A program made the translations under genes and the position numbers. A DNA stretch of 64,000 nt, from the NCBI RefSeq assembly GCF_006345805.1, contig NW_021836171.1:18997-82996 (forward strand), given 5' to 3'. The notes beneath the pieces are model-generated. The model was not told where the DNA came from. It saw only the letters and a program-made list of their open reading frames with translations, and did not search any database. How positions within the stretch are numbered: position 1 is the stretch's first letter; every line of letters starts with the position of its first letter. Of the stretch, positions 12,247 to 24,905 are shown piece by piece. Source of the stretch: Octopus sinensis. Lineage: Eukaryota.

Positions 12247-12578
12247 TTTACAGGAGCACTCCGTCGGTTACGAAGGCAAGGGTTGCAGCTGACACGATCA
12301 ACGGAGCAGCCTGCTCGTGAAATTAACGTGTAAGTGTCTGAGCACTCCACAGACGCGTGTACCCTTAACGTAGTTCTCAGGGACATTCAGCGTGACACAG
12401 AGTGTGACAAGGCTGACCCCCTTTGAAATACAGGTACTACTAATTTTTGCCAGCCGAGTGAACTGAAGCAACATGAAATAAAGTGTCTTGCTCAAGGACA
12501 CAACGCGTCACCGGGAATTGAACTCATGACCTTGCGATCGTCAGCCGAATGCCCCTAACCGCTAAGCCATGCACATTT
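12247..12578 (-). mobile_element. SINE family D (gtgttgtgtccttgagcaagacac body) with tail type 1
   Basis: tRNA-like head at right end; 12251-12436 homologous to 240-420. Confidence 0.85.
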
Positions 12579-12646
12579 ACACATGCTTGCAAGCACAAAC
12601 ACATACATATAATATCACTATGTATGTACGTAAGGATACATATCTA

Positions 12647-13002
12647 TACTCTGTTACTTGTTTCAGTAGTTTCACTGCGGCCATGCTGGAGCACTGCCTT
12701 TAGTACAGCACATCGACCCCAGGAATTATTCTATCGGTCTCTTTTGCTGAACCACAAAGTTACGGGGACATAAAAACTCTAGCAACGGTTGTCAATCGAT
12801 GATGGGGTGACACAGATACAGAAACAGACGCACATAGATATATACATATACATATATACGACAGGCTTCTTTCAGTTTCTGTCTACCAAATCCACTCGCA
12901 AGGCTAGAGTAGAAGACACTTGCCCAAGGTGCCACGCAATGGGACTGAACCCGGAACCATGTGGTTGGTGAGCAAGCTACTGGACACAGCCACTCTTTCC
13001 TA
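12647..13002 (-). mobile_element. SINE family B
   Basis: Homology to the other family B copies. Confidence 0.82.
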
Positions 13003-13352
13003 TGTAGGTATATATATATGGATATATGTATGTTTGTACCAATGTGCAGAACAATTGTTTTCTGTGCGAAATACTACATAGAAGTACATCTACTCTCTCT
13101 GTATATATATATCTATGTACGGTTGTATGAATATATGTGATTTTATCGGTAACCATATATGTGCGATCGTACGTAAATCTTAACGAAAGTGTCAAACTAT
13201 GTAGGTATGATTCATTTGCCACTTGAATGTGTAAATAACTGTATATTTATAGCGGATCGTATTCTGATAGAAATGTGTATATTTATTGAGTCATGATTGC
13301 ATATAAGCATGCGTAACTGTTGGACACATGATCTATGAACATATCTACACAG

Positions 13353-13354
<2 letters not shown>

Positions 13355-13395
<41 letters not shown>

Positions 13396-13448
13396 TGTGT
13401 GTGTGTGTGTATTTATGTATATATATATATGTGTGTGTGTGTGTATGC

Positions 13449-13488
<40 letters not shown>

Positions 13489-13560
13489 ATGCATATATAT
13501 ATATATACGTGTGTGTGTGTGTGTATGCATATATATATATTAGTGTGTGTGTGTGTATGC

Positions 13561-13634
<74 letters not shown>

Positions 13635-13990
13635 TATATATGTATGTATGAATATATATACACCGAACTCACATGTATGTATATATGAATATATCATATC
13701 TACGTATGTGTATGAATAGTGAAACTCTAAATTTGTATTTGCATATACACTCATACACATAGTTCTATATGTGCAAGAATATATACATGCATTACGTGGC
13801 ACCGTTGTGTGTATATATATATATATATTAATATATATATATTAATAGATATATATATATATATATATTAATATATTAATATATATATATATATTAATAT
13901 ATATAATATATATATATATATTAATATATATATATATATATATATATCAAAATATATATATATATGCGTGTTTGTGTGTGTGTGTATATG
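13355..13990. repeat. Compound (TG)n/(TA)n microsatellite
   Basis: Direct inspection. Confidence 0.93.
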
Positions 13991-14712
13991 CGTATAAAAA
14001 AATATGCACTTCAGCACTTATATGTGCTTATGTATGTTTGTGTTGTTTGAAGACGAGACGCCAAGTCTAACTATTTAACATTCTTCAGAGAATTTTGAAA
14101 ATAAACAGAGTTTTATTTCATGTCTTCGGAATTAGCTCTGAGCTATGAAACAGTTGTTGTTGTTGTTGTTTTTGGTGTTGCTGTTGTTTATTTTGTATTT
14201 ATATATTTTTTATATTCCTCTAAAATTCATTTTATCTGATCTCAATACACTGGCTTTCAAAAAGCAAAACAATAAAACGTAAAAGAAAAATAGATATTCA
14301 CACATCACACACGTTGAAATAAACACTGATATCGTTTGACACACCAAGGTACGAGGCACCAGTAAGTGTGGCAGTAGAGCCAGCGTGTATGATAGCCGTG
14401 TTCCAGTAATCATTTTAACTTTTATCTGTAGCCGTTGTGCTAAGATCAAGAAAAATAAAAAAAAAACAGTCTCTTCCAGATAGACATGATACCATCATTG
14501 TATCATTTTTCTTTAACATGTTTATTTTTTAGACTGCGGCCATGTCAGGTCACTCCATTCAATACTGTTTCTTTTAAATGGCTTTATCCAGTCTGGTATT
14601 TTGCTTTGGAATTATTCTACCATTTAATGAGAGATAGACACAACGGTATAACTCAGGGATATAATACCGAGTATTTCTGTTCGAATGTATTGGGCTTCAA
14701 TATATATATATA

Positions 14713-15023
14713 TCACCGAAATCACCGTGACCAACCAGGCCATCAGATGTTGTTACACATCGCTGGTCACAATGCGCTTCGCATTGTTTTAGCCGTCAAA
14801 TGACGCCACCCCCGCTGGCTAAGCGAGCAGGATAACAGAAGAAACAGTGAGAGAAAGAGTGGTGAAAGAGTACAGCAGGGATCGCCACCAACCCCTGCCG
14901 GAGCCTCGTGGAGCTTTAGGTGTTTTCGCTCAATAAACACTCACAACGCCCGGTCTGGGAATCGAAACCACGATCCTACGACCGCGAGTCCGCTGCCCTA
15001 ACCACTAGGCCATTGCGCTTCAC
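14713..15023 (-). mobile_element. SINE family A with tail type 3
   Basis: Family A head and body plus the aatgcgaagcgcattgtgaccagcgatg tail; abuts (TA)n. Confidence 0.88.
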
Positions 15024-15064
15024 ACACACACACACACACACACCACACACATATATATATATAT

Positions 15065-15400
15065 AAATGGTACAAGAACGCAAAACATTCAAATAGACGA
15101 CCCCCCCAAAAAAAATCGGACGGGTCATTCGAAGCCTCTAATCTTCAGTCAAGAACCGGATCGTCCTCGCAATTTCGGCTGATTAATCTTGAGATCGCTC
15201 CGATCCGGCCAGCCGCAAAGAAAAACTAAGCTACGAGCATTAGTTTTCTTGGAAAAAGGATCGGATGTATACGAAACAAGGACAGAAAAACGGACGATGC
15301 CATACGAATATAAATACAAAAAGCAATAATAATAATAATAACAGAACAAAAGCAACAGGTGTCTTTCGACTTTAGACGGTTCAACTCAGATTAGCTGGCG
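15065..15400 (-). mobile_element. Penelope-like terminal repeat, family P3
   Basis: Homologous to 38950-39140 and 50405-50701; all abut (TA)n; class assignment inferred. Confidence 0.55.
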
Positions 15401-15470
15401 TATTTGTAAAATAATGCCTTACCGCAGACGAAGAAATCGATGTTGTCGTGGCGGTGCTCAGAAGCCGACA

Positions 15471-15507
15471 AGCATTATGACCCGGCGTTGACGGGTCATA
15501 GTGCTAG
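15471..15507 (+). mobile_element. Helitron-type 3' end (hairpin + CTAG)
   Basis: 14-bp stem agcattatgacccg/cgggtcatagtgct followed by CTAG|T. Confidence 0.5.
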
Positions 15508-16422
15508 TTTGGTATAAATTTGTTAAATTAAAATTTGGGGTAATAAAACATACAAGGACATATTAAAAAGACGAATTAAAATCCCAGAGAAAAATACATA
15601 GAAGATAAATATACAAATTTACAAAAAATACATAAACGTTTATCTATTTCGGAGTTGCGCCAATTAATATGAAACATATCATATATTTAATATTGACACT
15701 CCCCTCGTCAGTATGTTTTTTTACACACAACACATTGTACACGGAAACAAATGCACAATTACATACCTGCTACATGCGAAAGACCAGACATTATGTCCTC
15801 CCAAAAATTCTCATACATACAGAATGCTATTTTATAAGCATATAATTCAATCTAGCAGCTATAGTAAATGGTATGCGCACAGCACCATGTGGACTAATTC
15901 ACTTCTGCACTCAAATTTTTCATCTTTTAATTTCTCCCATTCATGCAAATCTACATATTCGAGTTCAAGTCCTTGATACATTTTATACTAATTGCTATTT
16001 TTTCTTTGAATTGTTATCTTACGATTAATTACCATACTTTAGTTTTACTATATTTACTATATTTAATTCAATTGTTATTATTACCTCTAACTTTTATTGC
16101 AATTTCTATTTCTAAATTTCTTATGGAACGTCGAGCGGATCTTATGCGTACAATACATTTTTATATGATGTTTATATATTTATATATTACTATATTTCTA
16201 AACGTCGGGCTTAGTCTGTCTGTTCTGTAGATATAAATGAATATATGAATATATGTATGTGTTGATCTTCTCTGTGGATTTGGTAGTGATCTCGTAGTTG
16301 CTGCTCAATGCCGCCCCTCGGATTAAAAAGTGTATACAGCTCATTTGAGCACTACTATTCAGGTCTGTTATATATTTTGAGCGTTGTTGTCAATAACGCT
16401 CAAGATATAACTTTATATTTTG

Positions 16423-16471
<49 letters not shown>

Positions 16472-16519
16472 ATATATATTATATATATATGTACATATAT
16501 AGCCATTTACACATACAAT

Positions 16520-16750
16520 AGAGAGATGTTTTTGTTTCACTTTTAACACGTAATACTGAAATAGTGGAGAAGATATGATATTGCTGTGGGCTGGCCTAGA
16601 CAAAAAGTTGAAGATGCTTTTGCCGATGACACTCACCGAAACCTAAGTAAGGTTTGTGTAAAATTTGAATAAAATTGGTTGTGTAGTTCTCAAGTTTTAG
16701 GGAAACACACACACAGACAGACACACATCTCAGTTTTATTATATATAGGA
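16520..16750 (-). mobile_element. 5' part of a non-autonomous Helitron
   Basis: Minus strand A|TCCTATATATAATAAAAC followed by a (GTCT)/(GT) tract as in the other Helitron copies; 3' end missing. Confidence 0.5.
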
Positions 16751-17244
16751 TAGAAGATATGTGTATATATATATTAATATAGATTATATATATATAGATA
16801 TATGTATTTTATATATAGAATATATATATATATATATATAGATATATGTTTGTATATATATATATATAAGATATATGTATGTATATAATATATATTAGAA
16901 GATATAGGTATGTATGTATATATATATAGAAGATATATGTATGTATATATATATATAGAAAATATATGTATGTATATATATATAGAAGATATCTTATGTA
17001 TGTATATATAGAAGATTATATGCATGTATATATAGAATATATTATTATATATAATTATATATAGCAGATAAATGGGTATATATATATATGTAGAGAAGAT
17101 ATATAGATATACATATACATATATATATAAGATATACACACACACACACATATAAGATATATATATATATAAGATATATTACACACACATATATAGATAT
17201 ATATATATATAAGATATATACATATAGATATATATATATAAATA

Positions 17245-17278
<34 letters not shown>

Positions 17279-17327
17279 GATATATACATATTATATATTA
17301 TATATATAGAAGATATATACATATATA

Positions 17328-17359
<32 letters not shown>

Positions 17360-17467
17360 AGATATATATATGTGTGTGTGTGAGTATGGTTTGTTCCTCC
17401 AGCGGTATAAAAAACACTTTCGCAACCGAATGTGTGTGTATGTGTGGGTGTTGTATATACAATATAT

Positions 17468-17520
<53 letters not shown>
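16751..17520. repeat. (TA)n-rich compound microsatellite
   Basis: Direct inspection. Confidence 0.9.
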
Positions 17521-18386
17521 ATGCATGTTCTTTTTGAAGTAAATCAAACGTACAGATGCATACAAAGTGACAAACACATAACCTCCGAGCGAAATCTCTA
17601 TATAAAACACACAAATGCTAATGTGGCTTTTAAAACATTCTCGTTTTTTTCAAATGTCGACTTCTCAAAATAAAAAAAGGATTAATTTAGTTCTATACAA
17701 CCACGCACGCATATACACGCATGTGAATGCATGAATGCAAATATAATTATATATATAATATATATATCTATATCTTCTTATCTATATATATATGTATATA
17801 GATAATATATATAGGATTATATATATTTATATATTATATCTATATAGTGATGATTGTGTATGTGATGCATGTGTTGTATGGTGTGTCGCGTATAATATAT
17901 ACCACTACATATCCATATATATACACATACATATAGATACGCACATACATATGATATACTTTATAAACTATAATATACATTATTATATATATATGAATAC
18001 ACATATATATCTATTATCATATAATATTGCATACTATATATATAGCTACCATATATATAATCCATAATATCTTATATATAATATATCACTTATATATGTC
18101 TATACAATACGTTGTATATATATAGATATATGATATAGGCCTATATATGTACATATCTATCCATTATATATGTATATATATGCACAGTAATATATTCTGC
18201 CATATATTGTATGCAATCTAATATATATATATGATCTATTATATAGTGCATATATACTATAGTATATATTTTATATGCATATATATATATATATGATATA
18301 GATATATGTATACATGTACAATAACATCCGGATTACAATCATTGGCCGCTGCTTGTTATATGCAGACATATATTAGTACACATAGT

Positions 18387-18422
<36 letters not shown>

Positions 18423-18959
18423 TTACATATATACATATCTTAATATGCATATATACACATATATAGAAACGCACACATGCACTTAATTATACACGCATGA
18501 AATTACCATTTATGAACAACAGCAATATACATTAACATTATCTGAAACTGTCACAGGAAGGGTGCAAACAACAAAAACACGCGACACAGTTGGCATAGAT
18601 TTTATACGAAGGTATTTCTTACGGGTGGACACTTTAAAATGTCCACCCTTGTTTTTTAAATCGACTCTGTGGTAAACTACAATGAGATAGATGTGAAATA
18701 TGGTGAAATCAGAATATCATGATGGGGACGGCTGAAAGGGTACAGGAGATGACAAATGATGATGTTGATGGTATGATTGTGTATTGATGGTGATGGTTGA
18801 TGGTGAAGGTGGGTGGGGACAACGAATGTGGAGGTGTAAATTTGAAAACGGTTACGATGGTGATGTTGTGACTTCTGCCGATGTGTGGGATGGGGTGGTA
18901 GTGGGGATTCATTTGAAATTTGGTTGTGAATTGGGTTTATAAAAGTTATCTTGATCATG

Positions 18960-20388
18960 GTGATGATCGTGATGTTTATAGTATCGATGTTAAGTAAGGT
19001 GATGGTGGGGCGGCTACTGCTGCTGCTATGGTGATGGTGGTGGTGAGTGGTGAGTGGTGGTGGTGGTGGTGGTAGTGTTGGTGGTGGTGGTGGTTGGTGG
19101 TGGTGGTAGTGTGGGGTGCTAGGAGTGGTGCTAGAGATGGTTGGCTGTGATGCTGCTGATGCTCCTGCTGTGTGGGGATGGTGGTGGTAGTGGGTGTGTG
19201 GTGGTGTTAGTGGTGAGGTGGTGCGTGGTAAGTGTGAGTGTGGTGATGTGGTGGTGGTGCTAGGGATGGTGGTGTGGTGAGGTGCTGCTGCTGGCTGTGC
19301 TGTTGGGATGGTGGGTAGTGGTGATGCTAGTGGGGTGGTGGTGGTGGTGTGGTGGTGGTAGTGGTGGTGGTGATGGTGGTGATAGGGTGGTGGTGTGTGG
19401 TGCGGCTGTGCTGCTGCTCATGGTTGGTGTGATGGTGGTGGTAGTGGTTGTGATGGTGGTAGTGGTGTGGTGGTGGTGGGTGGTGAGTGGTGGTGCCGTG
19501 GTGATGGTGGGGGTGTGCTAGGGATGGTGGTTGTGTGGTGAGGCTGCTGCCGCTCTGATGATGTTGGTGATGCTGGTGGTAGTGGTTGTGATGGTGGTAG
19601 TGGTGGTGGTGGTGGTGGTAGTGGTGGTGGTGGTGAGGTGGTGGTGGTGGTGGTGGTAGTGGGTGGTGGTGGTGCTAGGGATGGTGGTGGTGTGGTGCGG
19701 CTGCTGCTGCTGCTCCTGCTGCTGTTGGTGATGCTGGTGGTAGTGGTTGTGATGGTGGTAGTGGTGGTGGTGGTGGTGGTAGGGGTGGTGTGTGTTGATG
19801 GTGGTGGGTGTGGTGGTGTAGTGGTTGTGGTGGTGGTGGTGGTGATGGTGGGGTGGTGGTGATGGTGGTGGAGGTAGTGGTTGTGGTGGTGGTGGTGTGG
19901 TGTGGTGGTGGTGATGGTGGTGGTGGTGCTAGGGATGGTGGTGGTGGTGTGGTGATGCTGCTGCGCTCCGCTGCTTGTGGGTGTGTGCTGGTGGTAGTGG
20001 TTGTGATGGTGAGTGGTGGTGGTGGTGGTGGTAGTGGTTGTGGTGGTGGTGGTGGCTGTGGTGCGGCTACTGCTGCCATTGCTGCTGATGGTGGCGTTTG
20101 TGGCGTTGATGATGATGATGATGAAGATAATGACAATGCTCAGGACGATGACGATGATGATAATTATGATGATGAAGATGGTGATGAAGATGGCAATGTT
20201 GATAATGATGAGGAGGAAGAATGCATTGTAGTTATGTGGTAATGATTGCAACATTTTTTTGTGATGATACTGATACTGATGATTCGTTGGTGGTTGTGGT
20301 ATTAACTAGGACGTGTTTCTGAGGAGTAGGCAGTGGTAAGATGGTTGTAGTAGTAGTAGTAGTAGTAGTGATAGTAGTAGTTGTTAGT

Positions 20389-20423
<35 letters not shown>

Positions 20424-20450
20424 GTGGTGGTGGTGGTGGTGGTGATGAGA
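18960..20450. repeat. (GGT)n/(GAT)n/(TAG)n compound trinucleotide array
   Basis: Direct inspection; recurrent TGCTAGGGATGGTGG motif. Confidence 0.93.
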
Positions 20451-20599
20451 TGAAAAGCAGGCTGTGAATTGATGCTGTGGTGGTTGCTGATGGTGAAGTG
20501 TGGGTGATAGTGTTTCGTTCGTCGCGATGTTCTGATTTGTCGTCGGTGGTGGTTTGTCTTTATGGTGCTCTTGCTTGCCAGTAAGAGGAATGTTGCCAA

Positions 20600-21103
20600 G
20601 GGGTTGTTTTCTTCTTCTTGTTCCAATCAGGACTCACGTCATTAGCCACAAAGAATAATCTCTAATTCGAGCCTACTCTAAGCCACTAAGAGTGCGTGCG
20701 GCAACTTGAAGATCCACCCACCACACGCGATAGACAGGCGGTTGCACGGGCGCGAAACCTACGTTGTTATCCTCATTCCGTGTACGGTGGCTTTTAACGA
20801 GTGGAGAGCTGAACCATCCTGTGGTACAGAGGATTCGCAATCTAGACTAGGGTCTGAAAGTTTACCAGACCATAGTGGGTTACACCATGGTTCCTCTGCT
20901 TTGTGGCAGAAGTATAAAGAAAGAGTGAGAGAAAGTTGTGTTGAAAGAGTACAGCGTGGTTCACCACTACCCCAGCTGGAGTCTCGTGGAGCTTAGGTGT
21001 TTTTGCTCAATAAACACACACAGTGGCCGGTCTGGGAATTGAAACTGCATTCTTACGACCGCGAGTTCGCTGCCCTAAACACTGGGCCATTGCGCCTCCA
21101 TTA
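20600..21103 (-). mobile_element. SINE family A head with a long tail (type 4) and 39-bp TSD
   Basis: Direct repeat at 20561-20599 and 21104-21142 (3 mismatches); minus-strand 3' end AAGAAGAAG-rich. Confidence 0.85.
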
Positions 21104-21180
21104 TATGGTACTGTTGCTTGCCGGTAAGAGGAATGTTGCCAAAGCCTAATGCCTGAACCATACAAAAGATAAAAAGTAAA

Positions 21181-21545
21181 GAACAAGAGCACTCAAAGGG
21201 CGAAAAACTGCCAAAGCAACACCAACATCCTCTCAAAGATTAGCCAGAGATGCGTTTTAGAATGAGAATGCCTAAACTCGACTGCTCTCACAAACGAGAA
21301 TGCTAAAATTGATATACGACTGCTCTCAAAAATTAAGTAAAAAAAAAAAAAAAGCAAAAAATAATCCACAATGCTTGCCCGGTATCCGATCGATTCCAGA
21401 ATCTAATCAGTTCCTGCCAGTCACGAGGCCAAACATCCCTAAAAGTGTCATCCGAATCTATTCAGCAGTTCTTGAGATATTTTGTCCACAGACAAACAAT
21501 CACGACCGAAGAAATACCTCCGTCTTCGCTAAAGCAGATGTAATA
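21181..21545. mobile_element. Helentron-associated (HINE/DINE-1-like) non-autonomous element
   Basis: Ends in a degenerate hairpin aatacctccgtcttcgctaaagcagatgtaat, internal cagacaaac, AA/TT-type termini. Confidence 0.45.
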
Positions 21546-21647
21546 CAATGGCAAAAAAAAGAACGAAAATGTAAATAAAAGCTGACCTCTACAAAAAAGT
21601 AGCTAATTCCACCGGGGTCGACATAGTCTTTTATATTTTCTAGGTCA

Positions 21648-22250
21648 AAGGTGACAAGCTGGCAGAAATTTGAGCACGCCGGGCGAAATGCATAGCGGTA
21701 TTTCTGTGTTCAAATTCCACCGAGGTCGACTTTGTCTTTGATCATTTCGGGATCGATTAAATACGTACAAGTTATGCAGTGAGGTCGATATAATCGACTT
21801 AATCCGTTTTTCTGCCCTTGTTTGTTCCCTCTGTGTTTAGTGCTTTGTGGATAGTAAAGAAATAAGGATTTCGTCTGCCGCTACGTTCTGGGTACAAATT
21901 CCACCAAGGTCGACTTTGTCTTTGATCCTTTCGGGATCGATTAAATAAGTACCAGTTATGCAGTGAGGTCGATATAATCGACTTAATCCGTTTGTCTGTC
22001 CTTGTTTGTCCCCTCTGTGTGTAGCCCCTTGTGGGCAGTAAAGAAATAAGAAACGTTAGCACACCGAGTGAAATGCATAGGAGTATTTCGTCTGCCTTTA
22101 CGTTCTGAGTTCAAATTCCGCCGAGGTCGACTTTGCCTGTCATCCTTTCGGGGACGATATATTAAGTACCAGTTACGTACAGTAATCCATCTAACCACCT
22201 AACCCCTCCCCAAAGATTTCGGGCTCAGTGCCTAGGGTAGAAAAGATTCT
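21648..22250 (+). mobile_element. SINE family C, tandem array of three modules
   Basis: Repeated caaattcc(a/g)cc(g/a)aggtcgactttg cores near 21712, 21896 and 22109. Confidence 0.87.
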
Positions 22251-22489
22251 TTCGAGGTCGAAGAAATAAATGCTGGCCGCGATGTGAACGGCTTGTTACT
22301 TCATCTCATAACAAATTGCTAGATTCGTGTCGAAATAAGACAGGATATTATCTAAAGTACTTCAAATATTACATTGAAGAATTACAATTTGAAGGAGGTT
22401 TGGCTGTTATAACGAGCAACTCTATCGATCTACAGGGGGTAGATACTTCGTTGTCACGTGCACGAGCTGTTGCTTGTGTCTACACTAAA

Positions 22490-22710
22490 TGACGATGAGG
22501 ATAATGATGAGGAGGAGGATGATGATGATGATGATGAGGAGGATGATGATGAGGAGGAGCAGGAGGATGATGATGAAGATGATGAAGATGAAGGTGATGA
22601 TGATGATGAAGAAGATGATGAATATGATGATGAGGATGAAGATGAAGATGATGATGATGATGAAGATGAAGATGATGATGATGATGATGATGGTGGCGGC
22701 GGCGGTAATA
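22490..22710. repeat. (GAT)n/(GAG)n microsatellite
   Basis: Direct inspection. Confidence 0.93.
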
Positions 22711-22834
22711 AACCAAAATGAATAACAGGAAGAACAACCAACTGGAAATTCAATTGGCTGTGATTAAGCTATTATTTCACACTCAGTTATTGTCAGACAT
22801 GTTAAGATTGAAGTTTCATCATAAACATGTATAA

Positions 22835-22874
<40 letters not shown>

Positions 22875-23394
22875 CCATCAAATTATCTCAATAAATCTCA
22901 CGCTATTATTCTCTTCGCGTGTTTCTATACACCATGTCTCACTCTCTATACACCATGTCTGCTGCGAATCTTTATGTCTGGCAGTTTAAATGTCTGTTCG
23001 TCCCACTCTCTCAGTCACCCTGTTTATCGTTCATTCTTCAATTTTATATATCTACGTGATAAATTCATCTGCGACCAATATTTTTTCTCAGTGTATAACA
23101 ATGAAACTTTATAAACATATCTATGTATGTATGTATGTATGTATCTATCTATCTATCTATCTATCTGACTTTCTCTACCTCTCTGTCTCACATTATATGT
23201 GTGTGTGTATATATATATTTATGTATATATACATAAACACGCACACTTACAGAGAGAGACACATATACACATAAAAATACATACATACACATACATACAC
23301 TTACAGAGATAGACACATATACACACACAAATGCATACATACACATACATACACTTACAGAGATAGACACATATACACACACAAATGCATACAT

Positions 23395-23425
<31 letters not shown>

Positions 23426-23521
23426 CGTATATATATTTCATTTAATTTTAGAAATAAACAATCTACATACACGTGTATGTTTATGCAAATACGCATCTAG
23501 TCATGCCTATATATATATATA

Positions 23522-23807
23522 TCACCGTCACCGACCAGGCTATCAAATGCCGCTACACATCGCTGATCACAATGCGCTTCGCATTGTTTTAGCCATCAAA
23601 TGACGCCATCCCGATGGCTAAGCGAGCAGGCCAACAGAGAAAGTTGTGGCGAAAGAGTACAGCAGGGATCGCCACCACCCCCTGCCCTCGTGGAGCTTTA
23701 GGTGTTTTTTGCTCAATAAACACTCACAACGCTCGGTCTGGGAATCGAAACCGCAATCCTACGACCGCGAGTCCGCTGCCCTAACCACTGGGCCATTGCG
23801 CCTTCAC
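23522..23807 (-). mobile_element. SINE family A, tail type 3
   Basis: Homology; flanked by (TA)n and (CA)n. Confidence 0.88.
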
Positions 23808-24545
23808 ACACACACACACAAATATATATATATATATATATATATATTACTTCTTTCGTTTTTTGAGTTTGTTTGCAAGATTCTTTATATGAATTCGTGT
23901 GTTGAAGCATATTCTGTTGTGTCTGGGAAGAGTCATTTTCTTTTTGTGCCTTATAATTTAACACTCTCTCCAGTGAAATTTCCAAAATTCTAAAATAAAA
24001 GGAAACACTATGCGCAGCATTCGAACATTAATGTTTCCTACTTTTATTCTTTAATCGAGGTTTTATGTTCAATTAACTGTGTGAATTCATTAAGTATTAT
24101 TCTAAACTGAAAGTTTTTAAATCTATCATATGTCTTTCTACACCATAACAACCTACTTCAGGACCGAGACCCGTAGTCGTTATGTTGTACAACCTATATA
24201 TTTGGTAGTAGGAATGAAATTTTACTCCCAAAATTTATATCTCTAAAACGCCAGTGACCAGTTTTTTCGGTGAGATGTTCATATCATCATTCTATTCATT
24301 CAGGATTCTGATGTCCCGAAAGAGAACCTCGTATTGTTAAACCCCTATTTTTGTGGGGAATTTTATGTAGAGGATATAAGTCCGTATATTATATGAGATT
24401 GGTGCCATTTATGTTATATATACACTTGTTATCTTACTTATGAATATATGAAGACTCACGTATCTGCAATCGATTTCGCATCCGTTATGCCTCGTAGAGA
24501 TATTTGGGTGTTCTTTAAAAACATATTTTAATTTACATTCTACGT

Positions 24546-24858
24546 CATGTCACACGTGACCGACCAGGTTATCAGATGTTGCTACACAACGCTGGTCACA
24601 ATGCGCATCGCATTGTATTGGCCTTCAAATGACGCCACCCCCGCTGGCTAAGCGAGCAGGCCAACAGAAGAAAGCGTGAGAGAAAGTTGTGGCGAAAGAG
24701 TACAGCAGGGATTGCCACAACCACCCCACTGCCGGAGCCTTGTGGAGCTTTAGGTGTTTTTGCTCAATAAACACTCACAACGCCCGGTCTGGGAATCGAG
24801 ACCGCGATCCTACGACCGGGAGTCCTCTGCTCTAACCACTGGGCCATCCCGCCTCCAC
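24546..24858 (-). mobile_element. SINE family A, tail type 3, with ~11-bp TSD
   Basis: TSD ACATTCTACGT (24535-24545) / ACAATCTACGT (24859-24869). Confidence 0.88.
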
Positions 24859-24905
24859 ACAATCTACGTAGACACCAAAAATCAGCTTTCTTTATTTATA
24901 TAAGA

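Noticed and set aside
16622-16655. CCGATGA...CGAAAC...GTA hammerhead-like string
   Set aside because: Stems I and II do not pair, and it lies inside a Helitron body; likely chance
19282-20254. Thr/Pro/His-rich (mucin-like) or Gly/Val-rich ORFs
   Set aside because: (GGT)n array open in multiple frames, with no splice or start context
22454-22753. Asp/Glu-rich acidic ORF and poly-Ser/His ORFs
   Set aside because: (GAT/GAG)n repeat with no flanking coding evidence
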